Positions 25,768 through 33,193 of a stretch of DNA of 43,627 nt are shown in pieces. Source of the DNA: Escherichia phage TheodorHerzl. A model generated the notes under the pieces. The model worked only from the letters and a program-made list of their open reading frames with translations, was not told the origin of the DNA and did no database searches. Made by a program: the position numbers and the translations under genes. The stretch lies in sequence record MZ501107; one strand, written 5' to 3'. The stretch's first letter is position 1, and each line of letters starts with the position of its first letter.

Positions 25768-26218
25768 GACCTGGATCTATCGCGTATAAAGGGACTTTAT
25801 TGCCGGTTTTCATAACGCGCTGGACGCGCTTTGACTCCTCGGCGCTCATTGGGCGCATATCAGTGCTATAACCTCCGTTTGATGTATGCCGCCACGCTAT
25901 CAGCACCAGATCTTTCCTGTCGATCTTAGACTGGCTGCACTTCGGTCGCACGTACGCCTCGGCCCGTTTGCAATGCTCGCGCAGACCTTCGGCCGTGATG
26001 CGGTTTAGCGCGACGGTGGTTGTGTACCCGGTGCGCTGCATAATACCCATCAACTCATACAGCAGTTCGAAGCGTTCCTCTAATTCCTTGCGCGCCTTCT
26101 CCTCGCCTTCATAGCTTGCCAGGTAGGTGTCCGCCAACGCGTTCGCACGTTCGGCCTGTTCGCGGGCTTCGAGGCATTGCGCGGCCCAGTAATTTTTCTC
26201 TTCTTGTAAAATTTTCAT
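25754..26218 (-). CDS. hypothetical protein (coiled-coil N-terminus)
   Basis: 154 aa, contiguous with its neighbours in the operon. Confidence 0.5.
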   Translation of the reverse strand: MKILQEEKNYWAAQCLEAREQAERANALADTYLASYEGEEKARKELEERFELLYELMGIMQRTGYTTTVALNRITAEGLREHCKRAEAYVRPKCSQSKIDRKDLVLIAWRHTSNGGYSTDMRPMSAEESKRVQRVMKTGNKVPLYAIDPGHAEE

Positions 26219-26461
26219 TTATTTAATCTCCGTAGTGCGGATTTCCTTGCGAGGAATAAATTTGCCGTCTTTCTCGACCCAGCAAGTTCCGTAACGCCAT
26301 TGGGTATTACGGCCTGTTTGCTCGGCATATACGGTCTTGCATTCGTAGCGTTCCGTGTAGTAAATAGCCGCGGTAGGTACGAAAATACAAACGGCAAACA
26401 TGAGGGTGAGTATCACCCAAAATCGAAGGTCGCCGTCGTAGTCGAAAAATAATGATCTCAT
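26219..26461 (-). CDS. small membrane protein
   Basis: 80 aa with RBS GGAGA and one predicted transmembrane helix WVILTLMFAVCIFVPTAAIYY. Confidence 0.5.
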   Translation of the reverse strand: MRSLFFDYDGDLRFWVILTLMFAVCIFVPTAAIYYTERYECKTVYAEQTGRNTQWRYGTCWVEKDGKFIPRKEIRTTEIK

Positions 26462-26508
26462 TGTGTCGTCTCCGGGTATTAAAAAGGGCGTCCAAACCGG
26501 ACACCCTC

Positions 26509-26542
26509 AATATAATGCAACCAATATGATTATGCAACCAAT
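26509..26542 (-). promoter_or_regulatory. sigma70-like promoter TTGCAT-N17-TATATT built from two direct ATTGGTTGCAT copies
   Basis: Minus strand reads ATTGGTTGCAT AATCAT ATTGGTTGCAT TATATT. Coordinates approximate. Confidence 0.55.
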
Positions 26543-26866
26543 TTACGCATAAAAGTTCGGGTCGCGTGCAACGTCTACCAGGTAAAGGTTGCTTATGCGG
26601 TTGCCGTAGTGCCCTGGGGTGCGCTGGCGGCACACAACGGCGAAGCCTGGAGGGATTGTATTGCCCGTCGCAATAATCCACGCCACGCGTGCGCCAGACA
26701 GCGTCTTGCCGTTGCATTCGATACGGGTTCCGCCGTCGGCAGTGTTAAGGTTGCCAATCTTGCAGCCGGTGGACTTCAGACGGATGACCCCGGTTTTGCT
26801 GTCGTAGGTGAATAGCTGGTTAGTCATTGCGACCGAAAAGTCGATTGCTTCGAATGAAGTATTCAT
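26543..26866 (-). CDS. HNH-type endonuclease-like protein (putative)
   Basis: 107 aa. The pattern NGKTLSGARVAWIIATGNTIP...NLYLV resembles HNH_3-type homing-endonuclease domains. Assignment from memory. Confidence 0.45.
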   Translation of the reverse strand: MNTSFEAIDFSVAMTNQLFTYDSKTGVIRLKSTGCKIGNLNTADGGTRIECNGKTLSGARVAWIIATGNTIPPGFAVVCRQRTPGHYGNRISNLYLVDVARDPNFYA

Positions 26867-27441
26867 TTTAAATTTTCCTCGTTAACCGCTATCGCGAAGC
26901 CGTTGCCGGTCCATAAGCAGGTCAGCTTCGGATATGAATCGCGGGCGTTGATGTATTCCGGGAAGAGCGGGTGTACGTCATCCTCCGGCAGATATCCCCC
27001 ATACTCCCACGGGTCGAACGAGTGATCCGGCTTGCGCCACTGGGAGGAAAGCACACTGCGCGGATTCTCAATCATATATGGCACTTCGAAGAAGTCACCC
27101 AGGTAAGCGGCGATCTTCGCGGTGCGCACCGCCTTAAGCTGAAAGGCCGGGTCTTTAGCCCGCTTGCGCGGGAAAGCTGGCGCACCGCTCACTGCCAGAT
27201 CCGTACACGGAGGGAATGCATAGATGATATCCGGCGTACCGAAATCGCCGTTCATCGCGCGGTCCACAAAGTCCATATCGATAAACACATTGCGATACCG
27301 GATTCCGCGACCATAAATACGGTAGTCAAGGTAAGACCCGTGATCGGCTTCGGAGTAGTTGAAGCAATAACACTTATGCCCCATCTCGGCAGCACGCTCA
27401 ATCATCAAGCCGCTGCCGTCAAACAATGACCAGATTATCAT
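26863..27441 (-). CDS. short DNA (cytosine-5)-methyltransferase-like protein
   Basis: 192 aa. SLFDGSG (motif I-like), FPPCTDLAVSG (PC motif IV-like) and YMIENPRS (ENV motif VI-like). Too short to hold a canonical target-recognition domain. Confidence 0.45.
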   Translation of the reverse strand: MIIWSLFDGSGLMIERAAEMGHKCYCFNYSEADHGSYLDYRIYGRGIRYRNVFIDMDFVDRAMNGDFGTPDIIYAFPPCTDLAVSGAPAFPRKRAKDPAFQLKAVRTAKIAAYLGDFFEVPYMIENPRSVLSSQWRKPDHSFDPWEYGGYLPEDDVHPLFPEYINARDSYPKLTCLWTGNGFAIAVNEENLK

Positions 27442-28862
27442 TTGCGCGCCTTTTTAGCTTTCATGTATTCCATCAAGTCGTCCTGTATATCTCGCTTACT
27501 GTCGCGACGCTCGGCGACCAATTCGTCCAGTGTCCCGCGCGCCTGGATAATGTAGACGAATACCGGTCGAGGGTGTCCGGCCTGCATCTGGCGAACCGGC
27601 CCGATACGCTCAACGATCTGCGAAAAGTGCTCAAAGTTCCAGGTATCGGAGAAGATTGCCAGGTGATGCCCGCCGTCCTGCAAGTTAAGGCCGTGGCCCG
27701 CCGATGCCGGGTGTGCAAACATGATGGGGATCTCGCCCCTGTTCCACGCTTCCATATCCTTATTGCCCTGCTTACCCTTACCCAACGCGACGCCGTGCGG
27801 AAATTTCTTCTTAAGACGTGCCAGGTCATGCTTATACTGATACGCAACGAGCAACGGCGCGCCGTTCAACTCCTCCACGATACTTTCCAGCGCGTCCAGC
27901 TTCGCGTCGTGAATCTTCACCCACTCGTCGGTCCGTTCGCCGTCTTCGTCCACCTTATACACAGCGCCGGAAGCAAGCTGAAGGCACTTAATTGTCTTCG
28001 CCGCGGCATTCGCCGCTTCCACTGTCCCGCTTTCCAGTTCGGCAAATAGCTCGCTTTCAAACTGGTCGTAAATCTTGCGGGCTTTCTTCGGCAGGTCCAC
28101 AACAACAGGCGTATAGATTGGCTTGTCGCACCCGAAGTATTCAGCCGCGTCAACGGTGAGGGATACATCTGACAGACGTTGTTGTATCTCTTTCTCGGAG
28201 TTCTTTAGCGGAGCGTGCTGCATAGTGAAGCTGCCAGGCTTAACAGGCTTGCTAATGAACCAGCGGTCGGTAAATGCCTTATAACTACTGCCGAGGCGTT
28301 CGCCACCGTCGACAAACCACGTCTGACCCCATAAGTCTTTCAGCCCGTTTGGCGCTGGTGTGCCGGTAAGGTTAATCCAGCGCTTGACGTGCTTATGTGC
28401 AATCGCTGCCAGTGCGCGGGCGCGCTTGCTCCCCTGCTTGCTACGATAGCCTTTCAGCTTAGTCGATTCATCGGCAACAACGACCGTAAAGGGCCACGCA
28501 TCGCCGTAATAGTCGACCAGCCACTCAACCACATCGTAGTTAACACAAACCACGTTAGCGTCGCTCTCAAGCGCTGCAATACGGTCCTTCTCCGGCCCGG
28601 TGCCGTCTACGACCAGCAGGGATGAGAACCGCCATTTCTCCTGTTCCGGGGGCCATGTACCCGACGCAACACGCAGCGGGGCCAGCACCAGTACGCGGTC
28701 CTCATGATGGGACAGGACGCCAGTCTGGAACATTTTATTCAGCGCCCACATTGTCGCGCCGGTTTTACCCGACCCCATTGTCGCCCAGATATTGCATCGC
28801 TTATGCTTGAGGATGAACGCGGTAATCAACTTCTGATATTCGCGGCGTCGGAATCGTGCCAT
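27438..28862 (-). CDS. SNF2/DEAD-like DNA helicase
   Basis: 474 aa from the internal ATG at 28862, which abuts the upstream gene. Walker A ATMGSGKTG, DExx box VVADESTKL, and a C-terminal helicase domain. Confidence 0.85.
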   Translation of the reverse strand: MARFRRREYQKLITAFILKHKRCNIWATMGSGKTGATMWALNKMFQTGVLSHHEDRVLVLAPLRVASGTWPPEQEKWRFSSLLVVDGTGPEKDRIAALESDANVVCVNYDVVEWLVDYYGDAWPFTVVVADESTKLKGYRSKQGSKRARALAAIAHKHVKRWINLTGTPAPNGLKDLWGQTWFVDGGERLGSSYKAFTDRWFISKPVKPGSFTMQHAPLKNSEKEIQQRLSDVSLTVDAAEYFGCDKPIYTPVVVDLPKKARKIYDQFESELFAELESGTVEAANAAAKTIKCLQLASGAVYKVDEDGERTDEWVKIHDAKLDALESIVEELNGAPLLVAYQYKHDLARLKKKFPHGVALGKGKQGNKDMEAWNRGEIPIMFAHPASAGHGLNLQDGGHHLAIFSDTWNFEHFSQIVERIGPVRQMQAGHPRPVFVYIIQARGTLDELVAERRDSKRDIQDDLMEYMKAKKARK

Positions 28863-28866
28863 CTCT

Positions 28867-29100
28867 TTATTCCGCCTTTTTCCAGACTTCAGTTTCACTA
28901 TCCCAGTTCCTCTTTGTGGCGTCGTAGTTGGTGGCGTGTCCGACGTGGATACCGGTCGCACGGAAGCTCTTAAACTTCTGCCAACACACCGTCAACGGCA
29001 GCGGGGTATTCATGCCTGCGATAAACCATACGCGATCTCCTTGTTTACATTCGCCCAGCTTGGTGAGTCGGTAATGTTCTTTCATCGTCATGTCTCCCAA
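28867..29100 (-). CDS. hypothetical protein
   Basis: 77 aa ORF ending 5 nt before the helicase start. Confidence 0.45.
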   Translation of the reverse strand: MGDMTMKEHYRLTKLGECKQGDRVWFIAGMNTPLPLTVCWQKFKSFRATGIHVGHATNYDATKRNWDSETEVWKKAE

Positions 29101-29128
29101 AAATGGCGGGACAAGCCCGCCGTATTAA

Positions 29129-29292
29129 TTATTTTTGTTCTGCACGGTAACGGCGCTGCCGTTCGCGCTCTTTCTTATTGCGGCACGATTTGCACTCTGC
29201 CCGATACCCGTCCGGGCTTCGCGCAGTCTTACCGGTGTATTTGTGGAACTGTGATAGCGGTTTAACGCAGCCGCAATTACTACAACGTTTTT
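29129..29292 (-). CDS. small zinc-ribbon protein (putative)
   Basis: 54 aa from the ATG with RBS GAGG. Contains CSNCGC...CKSC (four Cys) and a basic C-terminus. Start is uncertain; the ORF could extend to 29374. Confidence 0.4.
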
Positions 29293-29323
29293 CTTCAATC
29301 ATCTCTAAAATCCTCGATATGGC

Positions 29324-29363
29324 TAACCGGCACACTATACCGCTATGCGACCAATTCAGCAAC
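29324..29363 (-). promoter_or_regulatory. sigma70-like promoter TTGCTG-N17-TATAGT with ATTGGTTGC and ATTGGTCGCAT motif copies
   Basis: Minus strand reads ATTGGTTGCTG AATTGGTCGCATAGCGG TATAGT. Coordinates approximate. Confidence 0.45.
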
Positions 29364-29621
29364 CAATAAATCACAGTCGGCGATGTTGTCTATAACGCGA
29401 ACGTCAGCGCCGCGGCGGGCCATCCGCTCATGTTCACGTACCTGGTGCGGCTTCGGTTTTCCTCCGGGGCGCTTCACTTCGACGAACACTATTTTGCCGT
29501 TGATGATGATAATCAGATCGGGCGCACCTGCGCGCCCCTCCCATGCCAGTTTGCGGCAGAATCCGCCCACCTCTTTCACCCGTCGCATCAGGTGACTTTG
29601 AATCTTGCCTTCTGGAGTCAT
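29343..29621 (-). CDS. VRR-NUC domain nuclease
   Basis: 92 aa from the ATG with RBS AGGAAG, overlapping the polymerase stop (TAATG). GAPDLIIIINGKIVFVEVKRPGGKPKPHQVREHERMARRGADVRV is a PD-(D/E)XK VRR-NUC signature. Confidence 0.75.
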   Translation of the reverse strand: MTPEGKIQSHLMRRVKEVGGFCRKLAWEGRAGAPDLIIIINGKIVFVEVKRPGGKPKPHQVREHERMARRGADVRVIDNIADCDLLVAELVA

Positions 29622-31912
29622 TACTTCCTGTACCTGTACATGATGTCGCCCTCTGCGGCAAGTGGGAAGCCTTTCGCCCAAATCGGCAGGTCGCACATCA
29701 GCGCGCAAAGCTCCTCGGTCGTGTAGTCGTCGGTGTCCGGCACTTCTGTGATCAATTCGTCGTGTACTGACAGGACGATTTCATAGCCAGCAGCTTCAAC
29801 GCCCGGCATGGACCATGCGAGAATATCGCGGCACAACGCCTGTACGATGTTTTCCGTCAGTTTGCCGCCGTAGGTATACTGGAAGCCCCACTGGCGCGTA
29901 GTCTGATTCTCGCCCTGATATTTAATGCGTGTGCTGGTGCGCTTCTTGCCGGTGTCTTCGTCGATCTCGGTCGTGACAGACAGCGCGATGCCCGGATAGC
30001 TCATGATGCGCCCCGACGGCAACTCAATTTTCAACCACCAACCGGCGGCGTTCGGGTCGTCGCGCTCCTCGTCGAAGGTTGGGTCGTGCTTCGCCTTCGT
30101 GCGCACAATCTTAAGCGCTTTCCTACCGTCAGGGCGAACGTTCGCGCCAGCCCAGTATGCTTTGCCCGGATTGCGGATCGCACATAACACCGCGTCCTCA
30201 AGCTCGGCCCAAAAGGCTACCGTCTTCGGGTGAGCCTCGCGCCACATACGTTTGATTGCGTCACAAGTCAGCCATACGTTTTTCGGCAGTATGTATGTTG
30301 GACGCTCGTCTTTCTTGCCTGGCTTCGGCGGGCGTTTCGCTTCGTTAATGCGGGCGTACTCATAACCACGTTTCGCCGCCGCCCAAATGTGATCCGGGAA
30401 CGTGCCTTTCATCACGTCCGCCATAGTGTAAAGGTCGAGGCCCAGGTTTTTAGCGAACTGCAAGAACGCCGCGACGCCGCCACCATAGCCCAACCCCAAT
30501 TCGCACGCCTTACCGATCTGGCGTAAGTCCTTGCGGTTAGCTTTAATGTAGTCCGGGTCCAGGCCGAACATCTTACCGGCAGTCTCACAATAGATATCGC
30601 GACCGGCCTTAAACACCATTAGCGCGGTTTTCTCGCCAGCGATCCAGGCAAGGCCACGCCCTTCCACGTTGGAGTAGTCCGCTACGACAAACTTCTTACC
30701 CTTTGCAGGGATAATGCACCCGCGAACGGTCGAGGCCGTTAGCTTCGATATGTCATACGCCCAGTGTGCGGTCCCGCGTAACAGGGAGTTGATGCCGTTG
30801 GTGAGCATGTGCGACCGGACCCAAAACGAGACGTCGCTTTCACCCTCGCGGCGTTTAATCTTCCCTTCGTGGTCGTCGCTGTACTCGCCACGCGCCAGGT
30901 TTTGAGGTTGAAAGCCTTTACCGGCCCAGCGTAGCGTGCGCTTTGCCCCACCATACTGAAGACAACCACGGCGGCGACCATCTGCGGATAAGCCGTTAAC
31001 TAGCGGATTGTACTTAGTCGATGCCGTTGATGACGCACCGAGGCGCATTTCGATCAGCGCTTTGCCCTCGTCCGGGAAGTCCGGGTCTTCCAGTAGGTCG
31101 TTTAGCGTGGATTTCTGCGCGTTGTGTATCGTGAATGCTGGCGCAATATCACGCAGGATTGGCAGGAAGTCATTGCCGGTCAGCTTACCGCCAAACCGCT
31201 CCCAGGCTTCTTCCTTCAATTCTTCCTTATGCGCCTGCACCGCTTTGATCGCGGCGTTCGCCAGGTCAACGTCCACATAGAAGCCGCGGTCGTTGATCAA
31301 CTGGTCGATAAGCAGGATTTCATCTTCCTTCGGAGTATTACCCCAGTCCGGTATGCGCCAGTAGACTTCACGCATTGCGATAATATCCAGCGCGGCATAG
31401 CGCAGAAATTTGGCCCATTCTTCAGGGTGAGTCTCGCGAGTGTAGCGGCGTATTTTGTAGGTCTTAGGGGTAGGCTTACAGAATCTTTTAATCAGCGCCT
31501 TGCCTGCCTTATCCTTCGCGTGCTCTGCGTCAACGCCCAGCACCTGGCACTGCATATCGAGGCTACCGGGCAGCGCGTGGCGAAAGGCCATAATCATGGT
31601 GTCTTCGATCTGGCTTACCGGCAGGTCAATACCCCACTTCTCGCGAATAACCAGGCGGTCAAACAGGAGGCCGTTAGCCATCACTATTTTTGCTTTCTTG
31701 CGGGATACCTGACGGAGCGCCTTGCGCAGTTCACGCGGCATTGTTGGGGATTCAGTGGCATCCCATGTCTGCACGCGGCCTTCGTCGATGGCGTAGGTGC
31801 AAATCATAATCTCGGTGGTTGGGTGCTCTGCGTAGGCGTACGCCCCTACTTTCTTCAGGTCCACCCCGCTAAATGTCTCGGTGTCGAGAAACAGACGTTC
31901 GAAGTCTCTCAT
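29621..31912 (-). CDS. DNA polymerase, family A, with 3-prime-5-prime exonuclease domain
   Basis: 763 aa. Exo I motif FLDTETF, motif B-like RQIGKACELGLGYGGG, and motif C SVHDELITEV. Confidence 0.9.
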   Translation of the reverse strand: MRDFERLFLDTETFSGVDLKKVGAYAYAEHPTTEIMICTYAIDEGRVQTWDATESPTMPRELRKALRQVSRKKAKIVMANGLLFDRLVIREKWGIDLPVSQIEDTMIMAFRHALPGSLDMQCQVLGVDAEHAKDKAGKALIKRFCKPTPKTYKIRRYTRETHPEEWAKFLRYAALDIIAMREVYWRIPDWGNTPKEDEILLIDQLINDRGFYVDVDLANAAIKAVQAHKEELKEEAWERFGGKLTGNDFLPILRDIAPAFTIHNAQKSTLNDLLEDPDFPDEGKALIEMRLGASSTASTKYNPLVNGLSADGRRRGCLQYGGAKRTLRWAGKGFQPQNLARGEYSDDHEGKIKRREGESDVSFWVRSHMLTNGINSLLRGTAHWAYDISKLTASTVRGCIIPAKGKKFVVADYSNVEGRGLAWIAGEKTALMVFKAGRDIYCETAGKMFGLDPDYIKANRKDLRQIGKACELGLGYGGGVAAFLQFAKNLGLDLYTMADVMKGTFPDHIWAAAKRGYEYARINEAKRPPKPGKKDERPTYILPKNVWLTCDAIKRMWREAHPKTVAFWAELEDAVLCAIRNPGKAYWAGANVRPDGRKALKIVRTKAKHDPTFDEERDDPNAAGWWLKIELPSGRIMSYPGIALSVTTEIDEDTGKKRTSTRIKYQGENQTTRQWGFQYTYGGKLTENIVQALCRDILAWSMPGVEAAGYEIVLSVHDELITEVPDTDDYTTEELCALMCDLPIWAKGFPLAAEGDIMYRYRK

Positions 31913-32079
31913 TGCTTTATCCTCACCACGGCGTCAGCGCTGCCGATCATGGAGAAGATGCCGTCTGACAGGGCGATCTCTTCGCCGTTGTTGCGAATCT
32001 CGGCAACTGTGAAATATTCCCCCAGTAGCTTGGACCATACTTGCATTCCGACTTTTACTTCGCTGGCTTTAATACGCAT
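31909..32079 (-). CDS. small hypothetical protein (56 aa)
   Basis: ATG with RBS AGGA. Its stop overlaps the polymerase ATG (ATGA). Reads MRIKASEVKVGMQVWSKLLGEYFTVAEIRNNGEEIALSDGIFSMIGSADAVVRIKQ. Below the ORF-track cutoff. Confidence 0.35.
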   Translation of the reverse strand: MRIKASEVKVGMQVWSKLLGEYFTVAEIRNNGEEIALSDGIFSMIGSADAVVRIKQ

Positions 32080-32093
32080 TTTTCATTGTCCTA

Positions 32094-32120
32094 TTAAAAA
32101 GCCCGCATTAAGCGGGCTTG
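32094..32120 (-). terminator. intrinsic terminator (minus strand) downstream of the ssDNA-binding-like gene
   Basis: Minus strand CAAGCCCGC-TTAAT-GCGGGCTTTTTAA. Confidence 0.6.
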
Positions 32121-32137
32121 AATAGTGGTCTTTGCCC

Positions 32138-32860
32138 TTAACGGCGGCGACGTTTACGTGGCGCTTCGTCTTCCTCATCGTCGTCGTCATCGCGGCGCTT
32201 GGATTTCTTGGACTTGCGCGGCTTGTCATCTTCATCATCGTCATCACGACGTTTTGACTTTTTGGACTTGCGCGGTGCTTCGTCTTCGTCGTCGTTGTCC
32301 AGGTCTTCATCGGAGCAAGAAGACCCGCCACCTCCGAAGGCTTCGCCGTCTTCACGGAATCGCAGACCCAGCAAGCCAGCCCCGAGACCCTTGCCGTTGG
32401 TATTGTTCCATGCCCAAATATCAAGGGACACGTTGCAATAACAACCGGAGTAGATCTCCTGGCCTTCAATCTCGTCGCCGTCGATGGTCAGACCTTGTTC
32501 AGTCTGCTTCTCGCCGAGTGACGTTTGAATGATTGGTTGTTTGAACGATTTGGCGTTGATATACAACATGCCTTCGAATTCTTCGGTTACTTCATCGCGC
32601 TCGTCACCGTCGCGGACTGCGCATTCCTTAGAATCCTGGGCGTAGTGGCGGTCCATCCACTTATCGGCATTCTTCTCAGATTTCAGCTTGTCGGTGAGCA
32701 CTGCGCGTGCTGCCGCTTCCACTTTGTCCACCTGCGGATCTTCTTTATCAAGAAGAATCACGGCACGGTATGCCGGTTTTTGTCCATCCTGTTTAGGGGT
32801 ATCACGTTCCCAAATTTTCAGGAAACATACGCGCACATTTTTCAGGTTGACTTTAGCCAT
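32138..32860 (-). CDS. ssDNA-binding-like protein (DUF2815-like) with repetitive charged C-terminal tail
   Basis: 240 aa from ATG 32860 with RBS GAGGA. The N-terminus MAKVNLKNVRVCFLKIWE resembles the phage SSB-like DUF2815 family as I recall it. The C-terminus carries tandem DDDDEDD/PRKSKKSKRR repeats. Confidence 0.65.
   Translation of the reverse strand: MAKVNLKNVRVCFLKIWERDTPKQDGQKPAYRAVILLDKEDPQVDKVEAAARAVLTDKLKSEKNADKWMDRHYAQDSKECAVRDGDERDEVTEEFEGMLYINAKSFKQPIIQTSLGEKQTEQGLTIDGDEIEGQEIYSGCYCNVSLDIWAWNNTNGKGLGAGLLGLRFREDGEAFGGGGSSCSDEDLDNDDEDEAPRKSKKSKRRDDDDEDDKPRKSKKSKRRDDDDDEEDEAPRKRRRR
32160..32300 (-). repeat. in-frame tandem DNA repeat (~63-bp unit, about 2.5 copies) encoding alternating basic/acidic blocks
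   Basis: The segment TTGGATTTCTTGGACTTGCGCGG...TCATCTTCATCATCGTCATCA recurs as TTGACTTTTTGGACTTGCGCGG...TCGTCTTCGTCGTCG on the plus strand. Coordinates approximate. Confidence 0.7.
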
Positions 32861-32950
32861 TTTCCAATTCCTCATTTTCACATGTATCGGGGTTATTGGA
32901 AGCCACCCCGTTCGGCTTGGTTGCCAATTTACTTGGTTGCGCCTGAGCGG

Positions 32951-33193
32951 TCAAGCATTTTCATTAAAAAGATTTCTGGTCACGTAGTTGGTAGCGTTCT
33001 CGATCCAGCTTAACGGCGGGCGGTTGATGTTCTTCTCCACCCAATCGGCGGCAGCTTCGCTATAGCCGTCATCCAACCAGCTGGTCTGATGTCGAATCAT
33101 CCACGCCACCATTAACACGCCTTGCACACAATGCAGGATAAAGCCCAGCGCGCCGAGCAAAAACATCAATAAGATTGCGAATACTTTATTCAT
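32951..33193 (-). CDS. small membrane protein
   Basis: 80 aa with an N-terminal hydrophobic helix FAILLMFLLGALGFILHCVQGVLMVAWMI. Confidence 0.5.
   Translation of the reverse strand: MNKVFAILLMFLLGALGFILHCVQGVLMVAWMIRHQTSWLDDGYSEAAADWVEKNINRPPLSWIENATNYVTRNLFNENA

Noticed and set aside
27426-28049. 207-aa plus-strand ORF within the helicase locus
   Set aside because: It is antisense to the SNF2 helicase gene, which has clear Walker A and DExx motifs. No independent support.
31124-32125. 333-aa plus-strand ORF opposite the DNA polymerase gene
   Set aside because: It overlaps the polymerase gene entirely on the opposite strand. It has no RBS or motif support and a composition typical of antisense frames.
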